A DNA stretch of 63,312 bases, filler included, from Octopus bimaculoides (taxonomy: Eukaryota): the NCBI RefSeq assembly GCF_001194135.2. It is 9 parts of 7 records of this genome, joined end to end, with 100 filler letters (N's around TTAATTAATTAA, not from the genome) between each part and the next. Parts side by side here need not be neighbours in the genome. Positions count along the whole stretch, not along the records: positions 1 to 17,154 come from NC_068981.1; 8 more parts are not named here. One strand, 5' to 3'. Shown here one piece after another: positions 1 to 13,279 of this stretch; position 1 is the stretch's first letter; each line of letters opens with the position of its first letter. Position numbers and translations under genes: made by a program. The notes beneath the pieces are model-generated. The model saw nothing but the letters and a program-made list of their open reading frames with translations. It was not told the origin of the DNA and made no database searches.

Positions 1-98
1 ATATTTATTATTATTATTATTATATTATTATTATTATTAATATTTTTATTATTATTATATTATTATTATTATTACTAGTATTATTATTATTATTAGAC

Positions 99-291
99 GC
101 AGGAGTGGCTGTGTGGTAAGTAGCTTGCTTACCAACCACATGGTTCCGAGTTCAGTCCCACTGTGTGGCACCTTCGGCACGTGTCTTCTACCATAGCCTC
201 GGACCGACCAAAGCCTTGTGAGTGGATTTGGTAGACAGGAACTGAAAGAAGCCCCCAACCTCACTTGAAAACCGATGCTGGTGTGTTTTCG
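99..291 (+). mobile_element. tRNA-derived SINE, family A (Octopus-type), 5' half plus short tail fragment
   Basis: Head GGAGTGGCTGTGTGGTAAG (A-box) ... GAGTTCAGTCCC (B-box), then GCCTTGTGAGTGGATTTGGTAGAC; about 12 homologous copies in this window. Confidence 0.9.
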
Positions 292-295
292 TCTG

Positions 296-402
296 CGCGC
301 CTATCCGTGGAGCGCTCAGCCACTTGCACGTTAATTTCACGAGCAGGCTGTTCCGTTGATCGGATCAGCAGGGACCCTTGTCGCTGTAACCGACGGAGTA
401 AC
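296..402 (+). mobile_element. 3' fragment of SINE family C
   Basis: GCTCAGCCACTTGCACGTTAATTTCACGAGCAGGCTGTTCC matches the reverse complement of 41664-41780 and, more loosely, 27995-28100. Confidence 0.65.
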
Positions 403-1355
403 ACACTGATATGTTGTTGATATCATAACAACCGATAAACATCGACAGAATATGAAATAAAATAATTTAGGGCGCTGAATCTCCACACAACCAAAGCTAT
501 AAATAATATCGTGTAAATGATATTGAGTTTTTAAATAATTTGTTAAAGTTTTTTTTAGTGCAGTATTTAATTATTGTACTTTCGCATTTTGAAATTCATG
601 TTATTAAAGCGCTTTAAACAGGTAATATTAGAATCAGCAATATTAGTTATTTATCCCAAGAAGACTTATCTCTAGTTTGGAGTCGCAATTTTTTCTACGT
701 AGTAATGGAAAACATATATCCTTTACTTAAATCATCATTTTACTGAGAAGATTTCGGATTTTTTTTCGTTACATACTGAAGGGAAATTTTGCTACATGGT
801 GATAAATATGTAATAAAGAAACATGCTGTCGGAGTAGATTTCTCAAAACCTGACTACATGCAGATAAGCTATATTTTATATCTTAGACTTTTCATCGCTG
901 TTTTGTCTCTGGAAATTGCGTAGCAAAGGATATGTTTCCAACATCAAATGGTTTAGGTGCCTGTTGATTCTATTTTATTTCTCAAGTTTTCTTTCAATCA
1001 ATATTCTTAATCGATTTAGGTCCACTAGAAAATTCCGTTTAATGTCTAATATTCTTAAGCTTGGTTCCAATGAGTACAACTTGCATTTTAATTTACTATA
1101 ATACAGCATCTATAGATCGTGAAAGATAAAAGGACTTAAGAAACTTAGATTGTGATGACCGTTAAAGAAATGATTCACGTTTTGCTTTTACTGCCAAAAA
1201 TAATATAAATGAAAACCACGTCGTCAAACATAGATAGTGAAACATTAGAGGATATTTTGTTTCACACAATTTGATGATTGCATGCGAATCACTACAGCTA
1301 TCCCTATATCCTGTATTCGCAGTACCACTCAATCAAAAATAGTAGCATATGTTTG

Positions 1356-1530
1356 CAGGGCCGGCTTTAGGAGGTGCTGAGACCAGTTGGGAACGATTTT
1401 GGTGGCCCCAGATTCTCAGTCAACTTGCACCACGGAAATTCCTTCCCCCACCTCACAGCTCCGAGTTACTTTTTTGCCTCGTATGTTCTCAGGTGCTATG
1501 CTATCAACTAATCTCGCCTCCTGATACACT
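1356..1530. mobile_element. Possible hAT-type MITE remnant
   Basis: Begins CAGGGCCGGCTTTAGG, resembling hAT non-autonomous termini; no clear right TIR. Confidence 0.3.
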
Positions 1531-1586
1531 GCAGAGGAATTTTATCCCCTTTGCAGCATATTAGGGAATAGAGAAAGTCTTTAACG

Positions 1587-1648
<62 letters not shown>

Positions 1649-3884
1649 GGGTGTGTAAGTTTGTGTGTGTGTGTGTGTGTGTTCATACATGGTTAGCAAT
1701 CTCACTTTACAACCGTGTAGATTCGGTTTCAGTCCTACCTCCTATTACGCAATATATTGGGCAAGTGATTTCTTCTATAGCTTCGGGGCGGCCACCCTTG
1801 CACGTAAAGTTTGTTGTCGGACACTGTGTGAAAAGCTGAGGAATATATACCAGTGCATGTCGTTTTGTCTGTGTTTGCTCCCGGTATTGCTTGGCAACCG
1901 TTGTTGGTGTGGTTGCGTCCATGAAAGTTCGTGGTTCAGCCCTGAGTGACTACTAGAATAAGGCTAATTACGCGCCGTGAAATATTTGTACTGGGCTGGT
2001 TGTTCGAGTACACTCTTCTAGTCGGTTCCCCAGCATGAATAAATCCACTGACTGGATGGGTGAGAATGAAGGGCAGCAAGTAAAAAGGAAACACGGGTTA
2101 GAATGGAAGATCGAGAGAGGAAGAAATGTTAAGTGGAACTGAGAGTAGGAGGCAAATATTAGATTGCACAAAGAACAAGAGAGAGGATAAAGAAATAGAG
2201 AGCGAAAGAAGAACAGACAGAAGTGTTAAGGATGATCACATTGAGAGAAGAGGGTATCAATATATAGGGGTTATTATCAGAACATCGTGTGTGTTACGTG
2301 GTCTAGTAGTGGAATTCAAAATGGTAGAATGAAATGATTAAGAGAAAAAGGACAGAGAGACAGAAAGAAGGACTGAGACAGAGAGAGAGAGCGAGTGAGA
2401 AAGAGAGGTGGAAAATAGAGAAGCAAGGAAGAAGGGTAGATAGAGATACGCACTTTTTAAACTTTTCGAAACTTGAAATTGAGAACCATTACAGTGTCTC
2501 ATCCCAAGGCACTAATGACAAAATTTCAGTTATATAAAGCAAAGCAATAAGTAGAAAATAACAGGGATAATTGATGAAAGAAGAAAATCGGTAAATAGAA
2601 TTCAAGAAGAGTATAATGTATAATGTGGATGTATAATAGTGGGGAAAATATATAAAATATCCAGTAGAAAAAAAGAAATATACTTAACAGATATAGTGGC
2701 GTAAAAACGCAAAAGTGATCAGCAACCGCGCATAAATATGGACTTGAAATATTTAGAAAATATATGTAATATAATGTATCAACATATGCAGTTAGTTATA
2801 ATGTATACTAGATATTGCATAATGAAAATATCATGGATAAAGCAGAAAAGAGAAAAAAAATATTAGAGGTGGCAAGAAAAAGTAAGAGAAGTAAAGAAAG
2901 GAAAGAAAATGAGAAAATTAGTAGGGAAAATGGTAATCATATATATACAGATTTTAAAGTGAAATTGATACAGTAAAAGTGAATGACAATTATGGACATG
3001 AAATATGAAACCCCAACCAATATCTATTGAGGAAATGGCACGCTGTTGCAAGTTCTCGTTTCAATTCCAAGAATAGAGGATTTTGTGTCACCAAAAATCT
3101 GTATGTAGCAGAGCAAAATAACTAACTTTGAAAAGAATAGTTTTCAGCGATTTTAGTAAGATGTTAGAGGTGCAATAATTTAAAAATTTTCAAAGTGCTT
3201 CATAAGACACTAAAACGTTTTTAAATAATTTCAAAAATGTCCAAATCATAAGAATTTGCATTTCAACCAGTAGGCAAACTGAATCTTCCCAATATATGTG
3301 ATTATTTTGATAGCAATATGTTGAAACATTACCATTCTTCGAATGTAATAACAGAGAACGAGACATGGACAAGAATTTTGCTGATATTGAACATATTACA
3401 AGTTTCTAAGCGAAAAAAGAAGCAAAGCAGTTGCGTTTATCTCCCCAAGTTATCTAAACGTACACTTTTGTCAAGGAATTACCATTCAGAGGTTAATTAT
3501 TCTTTATCCTCTTGTTAATTACACATCCCTTGGTTGTTTTATTGTTGCTTCTTGCTAGATTGATTGTTACCACTGTTGGTGGTAACTGAGATGTTCTGTT
3601 ATTCTTGGAACACTGGCCTTGATAATTGTAGCTGGCTGTGACGTACGTTCTGTTATCTGCGAGTAAAGCGAGTTAAAAATATCTTTTCATTGCATTGTGA
3701 AATTTTCTTCCTATTCCTTCTCACTACAATGTGTTTGTAAACAACACCTCTTTGAAGTTATAATTCATATATTTCTACATAGGCTCTTGATTTTCTTTTA
3801 TATTCTGTGGTGTGTTAACCATACGCTTCACTTGGTTGTATATATCTTTTATCGTATATCTTTAACTTCTTTTAGTTATATGAT

Positions 3885-4258
3885 TGCTACCATGCTGGGG
3901 CACTGCCTTGAAAGGTTGTACTCTAAGAAATCAATCCCAGGATTTTTTTTTCTTTTAAGCCTAGTACCTATCCAAACGTTTTCTTTTGCCGAGTCGCTAC
4001 GGTAAGTGAACGTAAACACACCAACACCGGTTGTCAAGCAATAGTGGGGAACAACCACTAACACAAACACACACACACATACACACATAGATATATACAT
4101 ATATATACAACGGGCCTCTTTCAGTTTCCATCTACCAAATCCATCCACAAGGATTTATAGTAGAAGACACTTGCCCAAGTTGCTACACAGTAGAAATGAA
4201 CCCGAAACCATGCGGTTTGGAAGCAAAGCTCTTTTTACACAGCCAGGCTTGCGCCTGT
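3885..4258 (-). mobile_element. SINE family A, near full length, diverged
   Basis: Reverse-complement match to head, central (CA/TA)n and tail of family A. Confidence 0.85.
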
Positions 4259-4514
4259 AATTGTTAATTACTCAGTTCCAAATCTACTGTAATGTATATT
4301 ATAGTTCGTGAATTGTATTTTGGTAATAACTATAAAATCAGTCTTTAGATATTTTCTTTATATCTTTTGCGTGTGATATTTTGCACAATATAATTTATAT
4401 TACCACCAAATATTAGGTTATTTAGAAAGAACAACATAATGGCAGTAGCTTAATGCTACGGATTAATGATACACAGGTTTACTTCCTTAAGTCTCGAAAT
4501 AAAATGTTGACGGG

Positions 4515-5230
4515 AATTTCATCGAAATGTTTTCCAAACGCTACAAAAGATTTTGAAGTGTTTTTTTATGCAACGGAAAGTTCCCTTGCAGATTAAGAAT
4601 ATTTAGGTTTTCGTGTAAGTATCAATGACATTCCTAAGAGAAAAATATCTTGTTCTAGGACTGTGTCATATATCGACGACGGAGTATTGCACAATTACTT
4701 GCAAGTTAATAACATTGTAGTGGTGATTCAAAACGGAATTGCTAGAGACGTGGTCAGACATCACGACAGAATCACAACTGCCTCACTTAATCGGTCTGTT
4801 AAGAAATCAATCAGTGTCACCCCACTGAGTGATTCAATCTTCTAAAATCTTCTTATACTTTATAGAAAGCCGTTTAAGCGCCTAAACTCTTTGTGGAATT
4901 TTGAGGCAGCTGAACATGTACTTCCATTCTTGCTAAGCAGACGGCCTGTGATAGAAAACCAAGAACATTAGTCGCCACCATTATACCACAACTGATTTCA
5001 GATATGTTGGGAAAGCAGCATATTTCCGTACTAATACGTTTCTATAATCTCAGAACGTTGTTTCTCTCCTATTATGCAATTATTGTTATTGTTGATTGGA
5101 AATATCCCAGGCAGTTTGTCTTTACACGCGACATTAAATTCCTTTGTTAAATGTTCGTGTGTGGTGTTCAGTTATTTCTACACGCGGCAAAGAAGCACAT
5201 TGGCATTCATTAATTGATCTAGCTACTATA
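4515..5230 (+). mobile_element. Highly degenerate Gypsy/Ty3-like pol remnant
   Basis: Frameshifted HRNVFQTLQKILKCFFMQRKV then EYLGFRVS resembles the LTR-RT end (VFxxL...KCxF...YLG); a KEA-LAFI-like RNase H trace near 5190. Confidence 0.3.
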
Positions 5231-7420
5231 GCGGCATTGACGATCCAACAAAATATGCCTTGACTTAAGTAACAGAACCGAGAACACCGATGACAATACT
5301 AATACGATTGCTTCTACACGTTCATCTGAAACATCCTATGCTGTAAATATGTGGTGATCGTAAACCATAACTATATTAGAGACTGTTATAAATTTCTATC
5401 ATCAAAAGTTGTTTTTTTATCTATTACACTTTACAATGATTCATGATGCAGTGAAAGTAAATGAATTCTAAGAGCAATCATACCATACTTGATGTAACGA
5501 ACGCTATTCTATCGTTCTTTAACAAGCATTAACATGAGACTTTTAAATCTATTTTAATGAGTGACTGAAGATCGGTGAATATTATTGAAATTATCTTAAT
5601 TCTATTGTGTTTCAGATACATTTAGATATATGTTATCAGTATTATATAAATAATATCAATAAAGCGAGTATTAATTTTTATCTATTTTATGTGCAGGGAA
5701 CATATATAATAATTAAATCTTTAAAGATAATTCAGTTCCAAGTTAGCTAGCATTGCGTGAATGTGTTTTGCTAAATATTTCGTTTTAATCAATAATTTTT
5801 GTAACCAAAAGAGATTTTACCGAAACAAAATTTGTAAGATTACATCTGATAATACATTTAGTTCGCATTTATTATATATTTTTCTGTATTCAGATATAGA
5901 TATATATATGTATGTGTATGTATAAATCTATACACAGATGTTATAAATGAAATACAATTCTTGTTTTATATTCAACTTTCAATGTTAAAATATTGTATAC
6001 ATTTTATTCAAAATGTGAACATGTCACATATTATTTTAGATGAATAGTAAATTGGATTTTTGCAGTTGTTGATATAAAAGGCAAATGTACGTCTATGCAA
6101 AATGTATAGTTTATTTATATGTATCACCAAGAAGTATGTATAAAAATCTTATAGTCTCAGGAATATACACTGTGGACTGATATATGTGTACCCTACTGTA
6201 AGAAATATACCGGTTACTGTTAATTTTGCGCGGGAGTTTATGAATTTGAACTATTTTTGTGATCTAAATATTGAACAATACACGTATGACTGCCACAATA
6301 AAAAGACTGTATTTGTTTTGTTTTGTTTTGTTTTTTTAATGATATAATGTCATTTGTCTGGACTCATGCATATTTTCAATTATGTAATATTAATACCTAA
6401 AATACTACGCAACATTTACGAACAACTGATTGTGTTTGAACTATTTGGGTAATTTCTATTTATCTTTGTCCATGTTTGCTATAGGGCCTCCGACACCACT
6501 GAAATTGACTCCTTTATGTTTCCTCTTTGACTAGTTCATCTGCATAGCTGCAGCCGAGTTATGTGCGGTTACTGTTAAGAAAAATTATTGAGTCGAGAGT
6601 GAAGAACCTATTTGGACTAATATATAAAGCATGATGCAGGGGGAGTCACGAGTAAATGGAGAGTATGTGTGGAGATGGCATGAAATCAGATTGCCCAAAA
6701 TATACACGCATATATTAACTCTACAAATGTAAAACTTAGAATACACAATATTTCTGAAACAGAGATCTTTTTGTATCTATTATGATCTTTCTGGAAGTTT
6801 ACTGTTTGTATGTACACGCTTTACTCTTTTAAATATTTACGCACTCCAGGGTACAAGTAATAAAGTGACTTCGATATAACATTTGAAATTATGAACATCT
6901 GAAATTTGAATGAGTGGCTCACAGTTAAGTATGTTAAGATACGATATTTTTTTCTTGATTTATGCAAAGATTCTGTATTTTGAAGAAGTTGAAAGGTGCA
7001 TGAAACCAATAAGTGAAGGTTTCGTTGTATTCATTTGAATTGCGCTGTCAAAGTTGCACCCTGATAGCTCTTGGAAAGATTAGATTAGGGAAGAATAAAT
7101 AATATATAGGAGTCAGTATTGTGAGATGTAACGAAAAGAAAAACCAGATGCAGGAAATATGGATCTCGTGGCTTGCGGGAATTGAGAGACTAAATTTCAT
7201 AATGCCAAAATCTCAATATTCACCTTTTATGGGTAAATATATAAACTATAATTTCAAAGAAAATTCCGCGATTCCAAGGGATGAGAAACTGTTGGAGCCC
7301 ATACAATGAAAACTTTGACTGCAGGTATGCATGCCAGACGAAGGCGAAAGATTAGCCCACAAGTAATTATCATTAGAAAATATGTATATAATAGATAAAC
7401 GTTTCCCTGGGCCTTCGCAT

Positions 7421-7485
7421 TGATCATTACGCAGGGACAGAGATACAAATTAACAATTTGTATCTCTCTCCCTGCGTAATGATCA
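7421..7485. repeat. 65-nt hairpin: 30-bp stem with one mismatch, 5-nt loop
   Basis: TGATCATTACGCAGGGACAGAGATACAAAT-TAACA-ATTTGTATCTCTCTCCCTGCGTAATGATCA. Confidence 0.95.
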
Positions 7486-8639
7486 TTTTGATAGATTTCT
7501 TCATCACATCTATATCTGAACTGAGTCCTGAGATACGGTAAATGGCAGATTCTCCCTTTTAGGAAAACAATAATTTATGATGAGATTCTAAAGATTGCGA
7601 CATAATGTTATATACAGAAAGAATGAAAAGCTGCAAATATCGATCAGTATAAAAGATAGCAATTGAATGTATAGTTTTAGGGAAATTGAAGGGATATTCA
7701 GGAGCAAATGAATTTACTTATTTGAAGATTCTGATGATATACTTTACGTGCTGTGTACGAATGTGCATTTATGAGGCTAGCGGAGGGGAAGAGGATTAGA
7801 TTAATTTACTGAGTACAGAGTAGAGCTCTATGACAGTTGGCATTGAATTTGGAGGTTTCCTCTAAGGATAAATTACTCGCAGAACCAACCTGATTCCGAT
7901 GAAAAGGAAAGCAGAATTCTGCCATGATGATACGAATCCTTCCTTTCACATATGACAAAAAGTCTTAGAAGCAGTTTTCAGGGCAAAAGAAATTCTAGGT
8001 TGCACATTGTGTGTAGGAATAATTTGTACTTCAGAAGAGGGTAAGGAAAAGGATGCAATTATATTATTATTCTTGGTCACCTATTCCACATCCTATTTCA
8101 GTAATCCAAAAGTATTATCGTGTGCTCAAAAGTTTGAATAAGAGAGAACTATTAATACTGCACACGTGTTCTCCGCAAACTCCATAACAATAGACAAAAT
8201 GATTCAATGTTCACTTTGATTTAAATGGTAATATCCTCTCTGTATATAGCAGATGATTTATTTTCTCTCATATGAAGTATTGGCTTTTCCTAGAAAAGAA
8301 ATAGGTAGAGTCTCACTTTACATTTTCTGATAGATTTTCACAGATTTACATGATGATTTAACTTCCTCTAATCTCATCACTTTGTCTAATGTTATGGATC
8401 CTGAGAAAATAACGTAGGAGGGTTGACCAGTCGAAATATAGTGCCTATATGAATCAAGTTAATCTGCATTTATCAGTTTATAAACGTTTATATAAGTCTA
8501 CAAGGTTTCAATAGTATTATCAATATACTGTAAAAAATACTTCTTAGGTATTTCCCTGTAAGTAACATTTCTCTACATTTTTAATTTCCTAATTTAGTCC
8601 TTTGTCATTTGAGAGATGAACAATTATGTAGATTAGTTA

Positions 8640-9195
8640 CATCGTTTACCTGTGACGAATATTTGTCCTCATCTTGTTTGTTGATAACACAACATTTCGG
8701 CTGACGTACACTCCATTTGGGGAATTTCGTACCTGAGTTCTCATTTCTAAGGATTTTTTCCGATGTTGTTGTTGTTGTTATTATCGAACTCGGAATCTTA
8801 GAGTTAGTAGCCGGCGCACTGAACCACTACGCCACATGCCCGTAGGCAACTATAGAGTGAATTTTAGGGCTTATAAATTTAATATTTTTGTATCCTTAAT
8901 ACCAGTTCTCATATGCTATTCATATTTGCACTCGGTCTACTTAGGAGGCTGTTGTGTCCTAGCATATGTACTGCTTATTTTAGCTTTCGTATTTTCCAGT
9001 GGTCTTCCTGTCTATTAATTTCACATCATCACACAGGAGGAGGTGTCTCCGTTTTTCCATGCATGATCAGCTATAACCAGTTTATGAATAGCTCCTCGTG
9101 CCACAGCTCTGTGATGTTCCTCTACCCTTATTTTGAGGGGGCGAAATGTTGCACCTTTTTATAACCTATCACAACTGCAATAGGAGAGAATATGA
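8640..9195 (-). mobile_element. Penelope-like element 3' end (GIY-YIG C-terminal part plus 3' region with tRNA-like box), left arm
   Basis: Minus-strand translation YCSCDRL*KGATFRPLKIRVEEHHRAVARGAIHKLVIADHAWK fits the PLE GIY-YIG pattern CxCG..YxGxTxRxLxxRxxEH. Confidence 0.75.
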
Positions 9196-9204
9196 CCAAA
9201 GACT

Positions 9205-9635
9205 GAGCGAACTCCATCTCATGCAGCTGTGGTAGGCTATATAAAGTCGAAACATGCTGCTCATTCGAAATAAGGCTAAAGGAATCTCGCAAAGCTATGA
9301 CACGAGGGGCGATTCATAAACTGAGTATAGCTGATCATGTATGGAAAAACAGAGGCCACTTCCACCTGAGGGATGAAGTGAAAATAATAGACAGAGCACC
9401 ACTGGAGAATATGCAAAGTAAAAGAGACAGCACATAAGCTAGGACATAACCTCCTAAGCAGACCTAGTGCAGGTATGAGTAGCATACGGGAAACGGTATT
9501 AAAGACGGATAGGAAAATATTAGATTTATAAGCCCTAAAATTCACTCCATAATTGTCTATGGGCATATGGCGTAGTAGTTAAAAGCGCGGGGTACTAACT
9601 CCAAGATCTTGAGCGCAATTACAGGCAGTGAGCTA
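9205..9635 (+). mobile_element. Penelope-like element 3' end, inverted right arm
   Basis: SISCSCGRLYKVETCCSFEIRLKESRKAMTRGAIHKLSIADHVWKNRGHFHLRDEVKIIDR; homologous to the reverse complement of 8783-9190. Confidence 0.75.
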
Positions 9636-10383
9636 AATAATAATAATCACTTTCATTTCACCTTTAAAATCCCAACCAGGAGTCACGCATAAGTAATCTG
9701 TAACCTCATTTTTATTTTATTCTACATCCAGCTCTAAACTAGTCTTTACACTAACTCCATTTATTGAAGGATATGAGCCTGCATGAATTTCTTCCTCACT
9801 CATGATTTTCCTACAGACCTCCCTTCTCATTATTTTTCGATATTTATCTCAAAGATCTCTGACTCTCAACGAAAGCCATGAACACACACTTTCCTTCCAA
9901 ACTAAACAGATATAAAAGTATGCATATTATTGTAATGGATACATTAAGAGAGGCTTCCATAATGTGTGTACTGACTGATCTAATCAAAAATATTACTGAT
10001 ACATTTTTGCGCAAAATTAAACAACGTCCATCAAAAATGAGTTTTGTAATGGAAAATCTGATTAAAATTAGCGCAATTGTCTTTTAGTGAGATCGTATCT
10101 ATAAAATATCTTCTCAGCAATCCTAATAGTTTGTTTGAAATCCCTTCTGTTATGATTCCACTATTCAATAGTTGTTAGAACAAGCGACTTTTCATCGTTT
10201 GTGATATATCAACATGCCAATGATGATTAAGATATATATTCACACGTTCCAAAGTGTATAGTAATTGTATACGAGACAGATTCTTACAATATCAATTTCT
10301 TATTAATTACTCAGACGTTTAACTCAGAGTGTCAATAATTGAAAATGTCGCTGAAATAAACACCTTTAAACGCACAAATTAAG

Positions 10384-10450
<67 letters not shown>

Positions 10451-11263
10451 GTATATATATTAAGTATATATATATNNNNNNNNNNNNNNNNNNNNNNNNN
10501 NNNNNNNNNNNNNNNNNNNNNNNNNNNNNNNNNNNNNNNNNNNNNNNNNNNNNNNNNNNNNNNNNNNNNNNNNNNNNNNNNNNNNNNNNNNNNNNNNNNN
10601 NNNNNNNNNNNNNNNNNNNNNNNNNNNNNNNNNNNNNNNNNNNNNNNNNNNNNNNNNNNNNNNNNNNNNNNNNNNNNNNNNNNNNNNNNNNNNNNNNNNN
10701 NNNNNNNNNNNNNNNNNNNNNNNNNNNNNNNNNNNNNNNNNNNNNNNNNNNNNNNNNNNNNNNNNNNNNNNNNNNNNNNNNNNNNNNNNNNNNNNNNNNN
10801 NNNNNNNNNNNNNNNNNNNNNNNNNNNNNNNNNNNNNNNNNNNNNNNNNNNNNNNNNNNNNNNNNNNNNNNNNNNNNNNNNNNNNNNNNNNNNNNNNNNN
10901 NNNNNNNNNNNNNNNNNNNNNNNNNNNNNNNNNNNNNNNNNNNNNNNNNNNNNNNNNNNNNNNNNNNNNNNNNNNNNNNNNNNNNNNNNNNNNNNNNNNN
11001 NNNNNNNNNNNNNNNNNNNNNNNNNNNNNNNNNNNNNNNNNNNNNNNNNNNNNNNNNNNNNNNNNNNNNNNNNNNNNNNNNNNNNNNNNNNNNNNNNNNN
11101 NNNNNNNNNNNNNNNNNNNNNNNNNNNNNNNNNNNNNNNNNNNNNNNNNNNNNNNNNNNNNNNNNNNNNNNNNNNNNNNNNNNNNNNNNNNNNNNNNNNN
11201 NNNNNNNNNNNNNNNNNNNNNNNNNNNNNNNNNNNNNNNNNNNNNNNNNNNNNNNNNNNNNNN

Positions 11264-11299
<36 letters not shown>

Positions 11300-11327
11300 T
11301 TATATATATGAAGTATATATATATATA

Positions 11328-12155
11328 AATAAGGTACTCAGAGATCTGGATGGTTGTACGTTTACAGATTTTTAGTAAAATGCTTCATGTTTTTATTAAT
11401 CATATATTAGTGCTTGCATCTACTCTAGTAGACTCATCTGATTAAAATTTTTGGATGGGGATTCGTCTCTTTTTATAGTATTATTGAGTGTGTAAGGATA
11501 GAGAGAGATATATAGGATAGTAAAAGAGGGTGAGGAATGGGGTGAAAGTGAGAGAGTCTGTGTGTATTAGAGTGTGTAAGTGTATTAGAGCGTGTGTGTG
11601 TATTAGAGCGTGTGTGTGTGTGTGTATATGTGTGTGTGTGCTTTTGTATCTGATAGGAGTGTCAATCCCTGTGTATCTGAAAGGTATGTCCATTTTTTTG
11701 AAAAATAGTTTGTATCAAAACAAGACCCCCTTAGAGTAGCCACCTGGTTTTGCCATTTTTAAAGGCCAAGAATCAACTTGTCAACATCTATTGAAAAAAC
11801 TGACCAGCTGTATATATGTAAACACGTTTTTCTTCTTTCTCTCTTCCTTCTTTCTTTCCTTCTCTTTTCCATTGAGACTCTTTTCAGATACACAGGCACA
11901 CACACATACACACACATGCACACACACACAAAAACACACACTCTCTCTCACTTCCCATCCCTCACCCTCTTTTACTATCCTATATATCTCTCTCCACCCC
12001 TACGCACTCAATAATACTATAAAAAGAGACGAATCCTTTCCAAAAGTTTAAATCAGAAGAATCTACTAGAGTATATGCAAGCGCTAATATATGATTTATA
12101 AAAACATATTAATAAAAATCTGTAAATGTCCAACCAGATCTTTGGGTACCTTATT
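11328..12155. repeat. Long imperfect inverted repeat (foldback-like), arms ~11328-11690 and ~11870-12155
   Basis: Left AATAAGGTACTCAGAGATCTGG...GGATTCGTCTCTTTTTATAGTATTATTGAG matches the reverse complement of right CTCAATAATACTATAAAAAGAGACGAATCC...CCAGATCTTTGGGTACCTTATT. Confidence 0.9.
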
Positions 12156-12435
12156 TTTTCTAATGCATAATACCTGGACATCACCAAACATTCTAATANN
12201 NNNNNNNNNNNNNNNNNNNNNNNNNNNNNNNNNNNNNNNNNNNNNNNNNNNNNNNNNNNNNNNNNNNNNNNNNNNNNNNNNNNNNNNNNNNNNNNNNNNN
12301 NNNNNNNNNNNNNNNNNNNNNNNNNNNNNNNNNNNNNNNNNNNNNNNNNNNNNNNNNNNNNNNNNNNNNNNNNNNNNNNNNNNNNNNNNNNNNNNNNNNN
12401 NNNNNNNNNNNNNNNNNNNNNNNNNNNNNNNNNNN

Positions 12436-12478
<43 letters not shown>

Positions 12479-13279
12479 GAGAGAGAGAGTTTACAGAGAT
12501 ACATTAATAACAATCGCTAAGAAATATCACAATCATTTTACTAGAAATATGTTTTGTAAAGAAAAAAGATGAATAAAAAGCCTGGAATTATACCATGGAC
12601 AGGGGAATGAGAACGAAGAATATTAATGGAAACAATAATTGAAATAATATCAATCACTGCATAAACACTATCAAGTGTATCACAATTAACCTATAATGAT
12701 TTAATTGCATCTTTGAAATAGGCATATATTATATGATTGCTAATTTTACACATTGTTATGTACAGTTTGTAATTTTAAGTATTTACGATATATTTAGCAC
12801 TGTCTTGTGGTTCACAATATAGAAAGCAATATAAAACGATTAATATTTCTTAATTGTGCTGAGATTGGAAGTTTGCATAAGTGTTGGGGGAAAAAACGAT
12901 TGTGTTAAACTCTAACTAAATTTACAACAATGAACAGCATTTTCCTGAGTGTACTGTAGTAAAAGAACTAGATAGTGCTATTACGGAAAGTATTACTCTT
13001 CTGAGATATTCCGAGCGAGGAAGACATGGATATTGTTTACATACAACACCCTCTACATATATACAGACGCACCTATATATATGCATACACACATATAGTT
13101 ATATATATACCCACATATACGTATGTATATATTCAATCAAATCCCCTGTGAGGTAACATTAGATCCCGTGTCGACAATGCATCCTTCATTTGACTAAGGT
13201 ATATTTGGTCTGATGAACAACAATGTACCCCTCGTTTTAGTAATTAGTACTTCCGAGGTCCTAGTAACTTGGAAACATG

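Noticed and set aside
99-170. tRNA-like heads as tRNA genes
   Set aside because: They lack complete cloverleaf pairing and continue into SINE bodies
4663-4845. YIDD in a 60-aa ORF as an RT catalytic motif
   Set aside because: It lies downstream of the YLG-like motif, the wrong order for a catalytic YxDD, so it is probably chance
8235-8400. LYIADDLFSL and DDFNF-like traces suggesting another RT
   Set aside because: Too degenerate; several frameshifts are needed to join the motifs
10332-11328. Long ORFs (200-320 aa) across N-gaps, also at 29109, 46784 and 61131-62045
   Set aside because: They consist of X residues plus microsatellite dipeptides
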